NCBI RefSeq assembly: GCF_003334385.1
Contig: NZ_QOWN01000122.1
Reading direction: 5' to 3' (one strand)
From: Escherichia coli
GTDB taxonomy: Bacteria > Pseudomonadota > Gammaproteobacteria > Enterobacterales > Enterobacteriaceae
Length of the DNA stretch: 1,196 nucleotides
Under the pieces are notes generated by a model. It was given only the letters and a program-made list of their open reading frames with translations. It ran no database searches and was not told the DNA's origin. Below are positions 1 to 1,196 of the stretch, in pieces (position 1 is the stretch's first letter; each line of letters opens with the position of its first letter). A program made the position numbers and the translations under genes.

Positions 1-1196
1 CCCTTTAACATCCGGATGGTCAGGGAGACGGCGGACAGCACCACGGACCAACTGCAGAACAGAACGCTGTGGTCGTCATACACCGAAATCATCGATGTGA
101 AACAGTGCTACCCGAACACGGCCATTGTGGGGATGCAGGTGGATGCGGAGCAGTTTGGTGGTCAGCAGATGACGGTGAACTACCATATCCGCGGTCGCAT
201 CATCCAGGTGCCGTCAAACTATGACCCGGAAAAACGCACGTACAGTGGTATCTGGGACGGCAGTCTGAAACCGGCATACAGCAACAACCCGGCCTGGTGC
301 CTGTGGGACATGCTGACTCACCCGCGCTACGGGATGGGAAAACGCCTGGGGGCGGCGGATGTGGACAAGTGGGCGCTGTATGCCATCGGGCAGTACTGCG
401 ACCAGACGGTCCCGGATGGATTCGGGGGCACAGAGCCGCGGATGACCTTTAATGCGTACCTGGCACAACAGCGTAAGGCGTGGGACGTTCTCAGTGATTT
501 CTGCTCGGCGATGCGCTGTATGCCGGTATGGAACGGCCAGACGCTGACGTTCGTTCAGGACCGCCCGTCGGATGTGGTGTGGCCGTACACCAACAGCGAT
601 GTGGTGGTGGATGATAACGGCGTGGGGTTCCGCTACAGCTTCAGTGCCCTGAAGGACCGGCACACGGCGGTGGAGGTGAATTACACCGACCCGCAGAACG
701 GCTGGCAGACCTCCACGGAACTGGTGGAAGACCCGGAAGCCATACTGCGCTACGGACGCAACCTGCTGAAGATGGACGCGTTCGGCTGTACCAGCCGCGG
801 TCAGGCCCACCGTGCCGGGCTGTGGGTGATAAAGACCGAACTGCTGGAAACGCAGACGGTTGATTTCACACTCGGGTCTCAGGGGCTGCGGCACACACCC
901 GGTGACATTATTGAAATCTGTGATAATGACTATGCCGGGACCCTGACCGGCGGACGTGTCCTGTCCATCGATGCTGCCACCCGCACCCTGACGCTGGACC
1001 GTGAAGTGACACTTCCGGGGACAGGTGCATCGACGGTGAACCTGATTAACGGCAGCGGTAAGCCGGTAAGTGTGGACATCACCGCACACCCCGCGCCGGA
1101 CCGGATACAGGTCAGTACCCTGCCTGATGGTGTGGAGACATACGGGGTGTGGGGACTCTCCCTGCCGTCACTGCGCCGTCGCCTGTTCCGCTGTGT
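1..1196 (+). CDS. J: Internal fragment of a lambdoid phage central tail fibre / tip attachment (host specificity) protein, gpJ family; 5' and 3' ends lie outside the window
   Basis: Seen in sequence: frame 1 (codon phase 0 at base 1) is open across all 398 complete codons (1..1194, plus 2 trailing bases), with no in-frame stop. Recognised from memory, not from a search: long stretches of the translation match lambda gpJ, e.g. PFNIRM...TPDSTTDQLQN.TLWSSYTEIIDVKQCYPNTA, YSGIWDG..KPAYSNN.AWCLWDMLTHPRYGMGKRLGAADVDKWALY.IGQYCDQ.VPDGFGGTEPR, KAWDVLSDFCSAMRCMPVWNGQTLTFVQDRPSD, FRYSFSALKDRH.AVEVN, ELVED..AI.RYGRN..KMDAFGCTSRGQAHRAGLW.IKTELLETQTVDF, PGD.IEICD.DYAG..TGGRVL, TRTLTLDRE.TLP, LRRRLFRCV. 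G/C-rich third positions (ctg, ccg, acg, gcg) are typical of an expressed enterobacterial or phage gene. No start codon with a ribosome-binding site and no stop, so the gene is partial at both ends. Confidence 0.93.

Noticed and set aside
16-18. Internal in-frame ATG codons (e.g. 16..18, 133..135, 169..171) as candidate translation starts
   Set aside because: The reading frame is open upstream of all of them back to base 1 and matches gpJ sequence continuously, so they are internal methionines. The true start lies upstream of the window.
601-610. Short trinucleotide run gtggtggtgg
   Set aside because: It is only about three repeat units and encodes Val-Val-Val in frame in the J-like protein. 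That is too short to be a meaningful microsatellite or slippage-prone contingency tract.
720-727. Chi-like sequence actggtgg
   Set aside because: The canonical E. coli Chi site is the 8-mer GCTGGTGG. Here the first base is A, so it is a 7/8 match arising by chance inside coding sequence (codons ...gaa ctg gtg gaa...).
214-1089. The 291-aa minus-strand ORF from the supplied six-frame track (GTG start at 1089..1087, TGA stop at 216..214)
   Set aside because: It lies entirely antisense to the strongly supported J-like frame. Its product is low-complexity and rich in R, H, V, P and A (e.g. HHHIAVGVRPHHIRRAVL), as expected when the reverse complement of a GC3-rich gene is translated. It has an alternative (GTG) start with no evident ribosome-binding site, and I recognise no homologue. 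GC-rich coding DNA routinely yields such stop-free antisense frames, so this is a shadow ORF, not an overlapping gene.
1-1196. Search for CRISPR repeats, tRNA/ncRNA structure, IS inverted repeats, promoters or rho-independent terminators
   Set aside because: No direct repeats with spacers, no inverted-repeat termini, and no GC-rich hairpin followed by a T-tract were seen. The window is continuous coding sequence, so such features are not expected and none are supported.
1-1196. Possibility that the window encodes a novel or undescribed system (defence, toxin, etc.)
   Set aside because: The entire window is explained by a single well-characterised phage structural gene (gpJ family). No unexplained intergenic space, extra ORF or unusual structure remains on either strand.

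Overview
The whole 1196-bp window lies inside a single + strand coding region, open in frame 1 from base 1 to the end with no stop codon, and truncated by the window at both ends. Its translation (PFNIRMVRETADSTTDQLQNRTLWSSYTEIIDVKQCYPNTAIVGMQVDAEQFGGQQ...WCLWDMLTHPRYGMGKRLGAADVDKWALYAIGQYCDQTVPDGFGGTEPR...FGCTSRGQAHRAGLWVIKTELLETQTVDF...LPSLRRRLFRCV) is, from my memory of the lambda protein, a close but non-identical homologue of the central part of phage lambda gpJ (tip attachment / host specificity protein J, the central tail fibre). The window is therefore an internal fragment of a lambdoid (pro)phage tail gene, most likely in an enterobacterial host given roughly 60% GC and G/C-rich third codon positions. 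There are no RNA genes, CRISPR repeats, IS ends, promoters or terminators. The only ORF in the supplied track (minus strand, 214..1089) is an antisense shadow of the J-like frame. I see no evidence of a novel or undescribed system here; it is a well-known phage structural gene, with its divergence from lambda J as the only point of interest.
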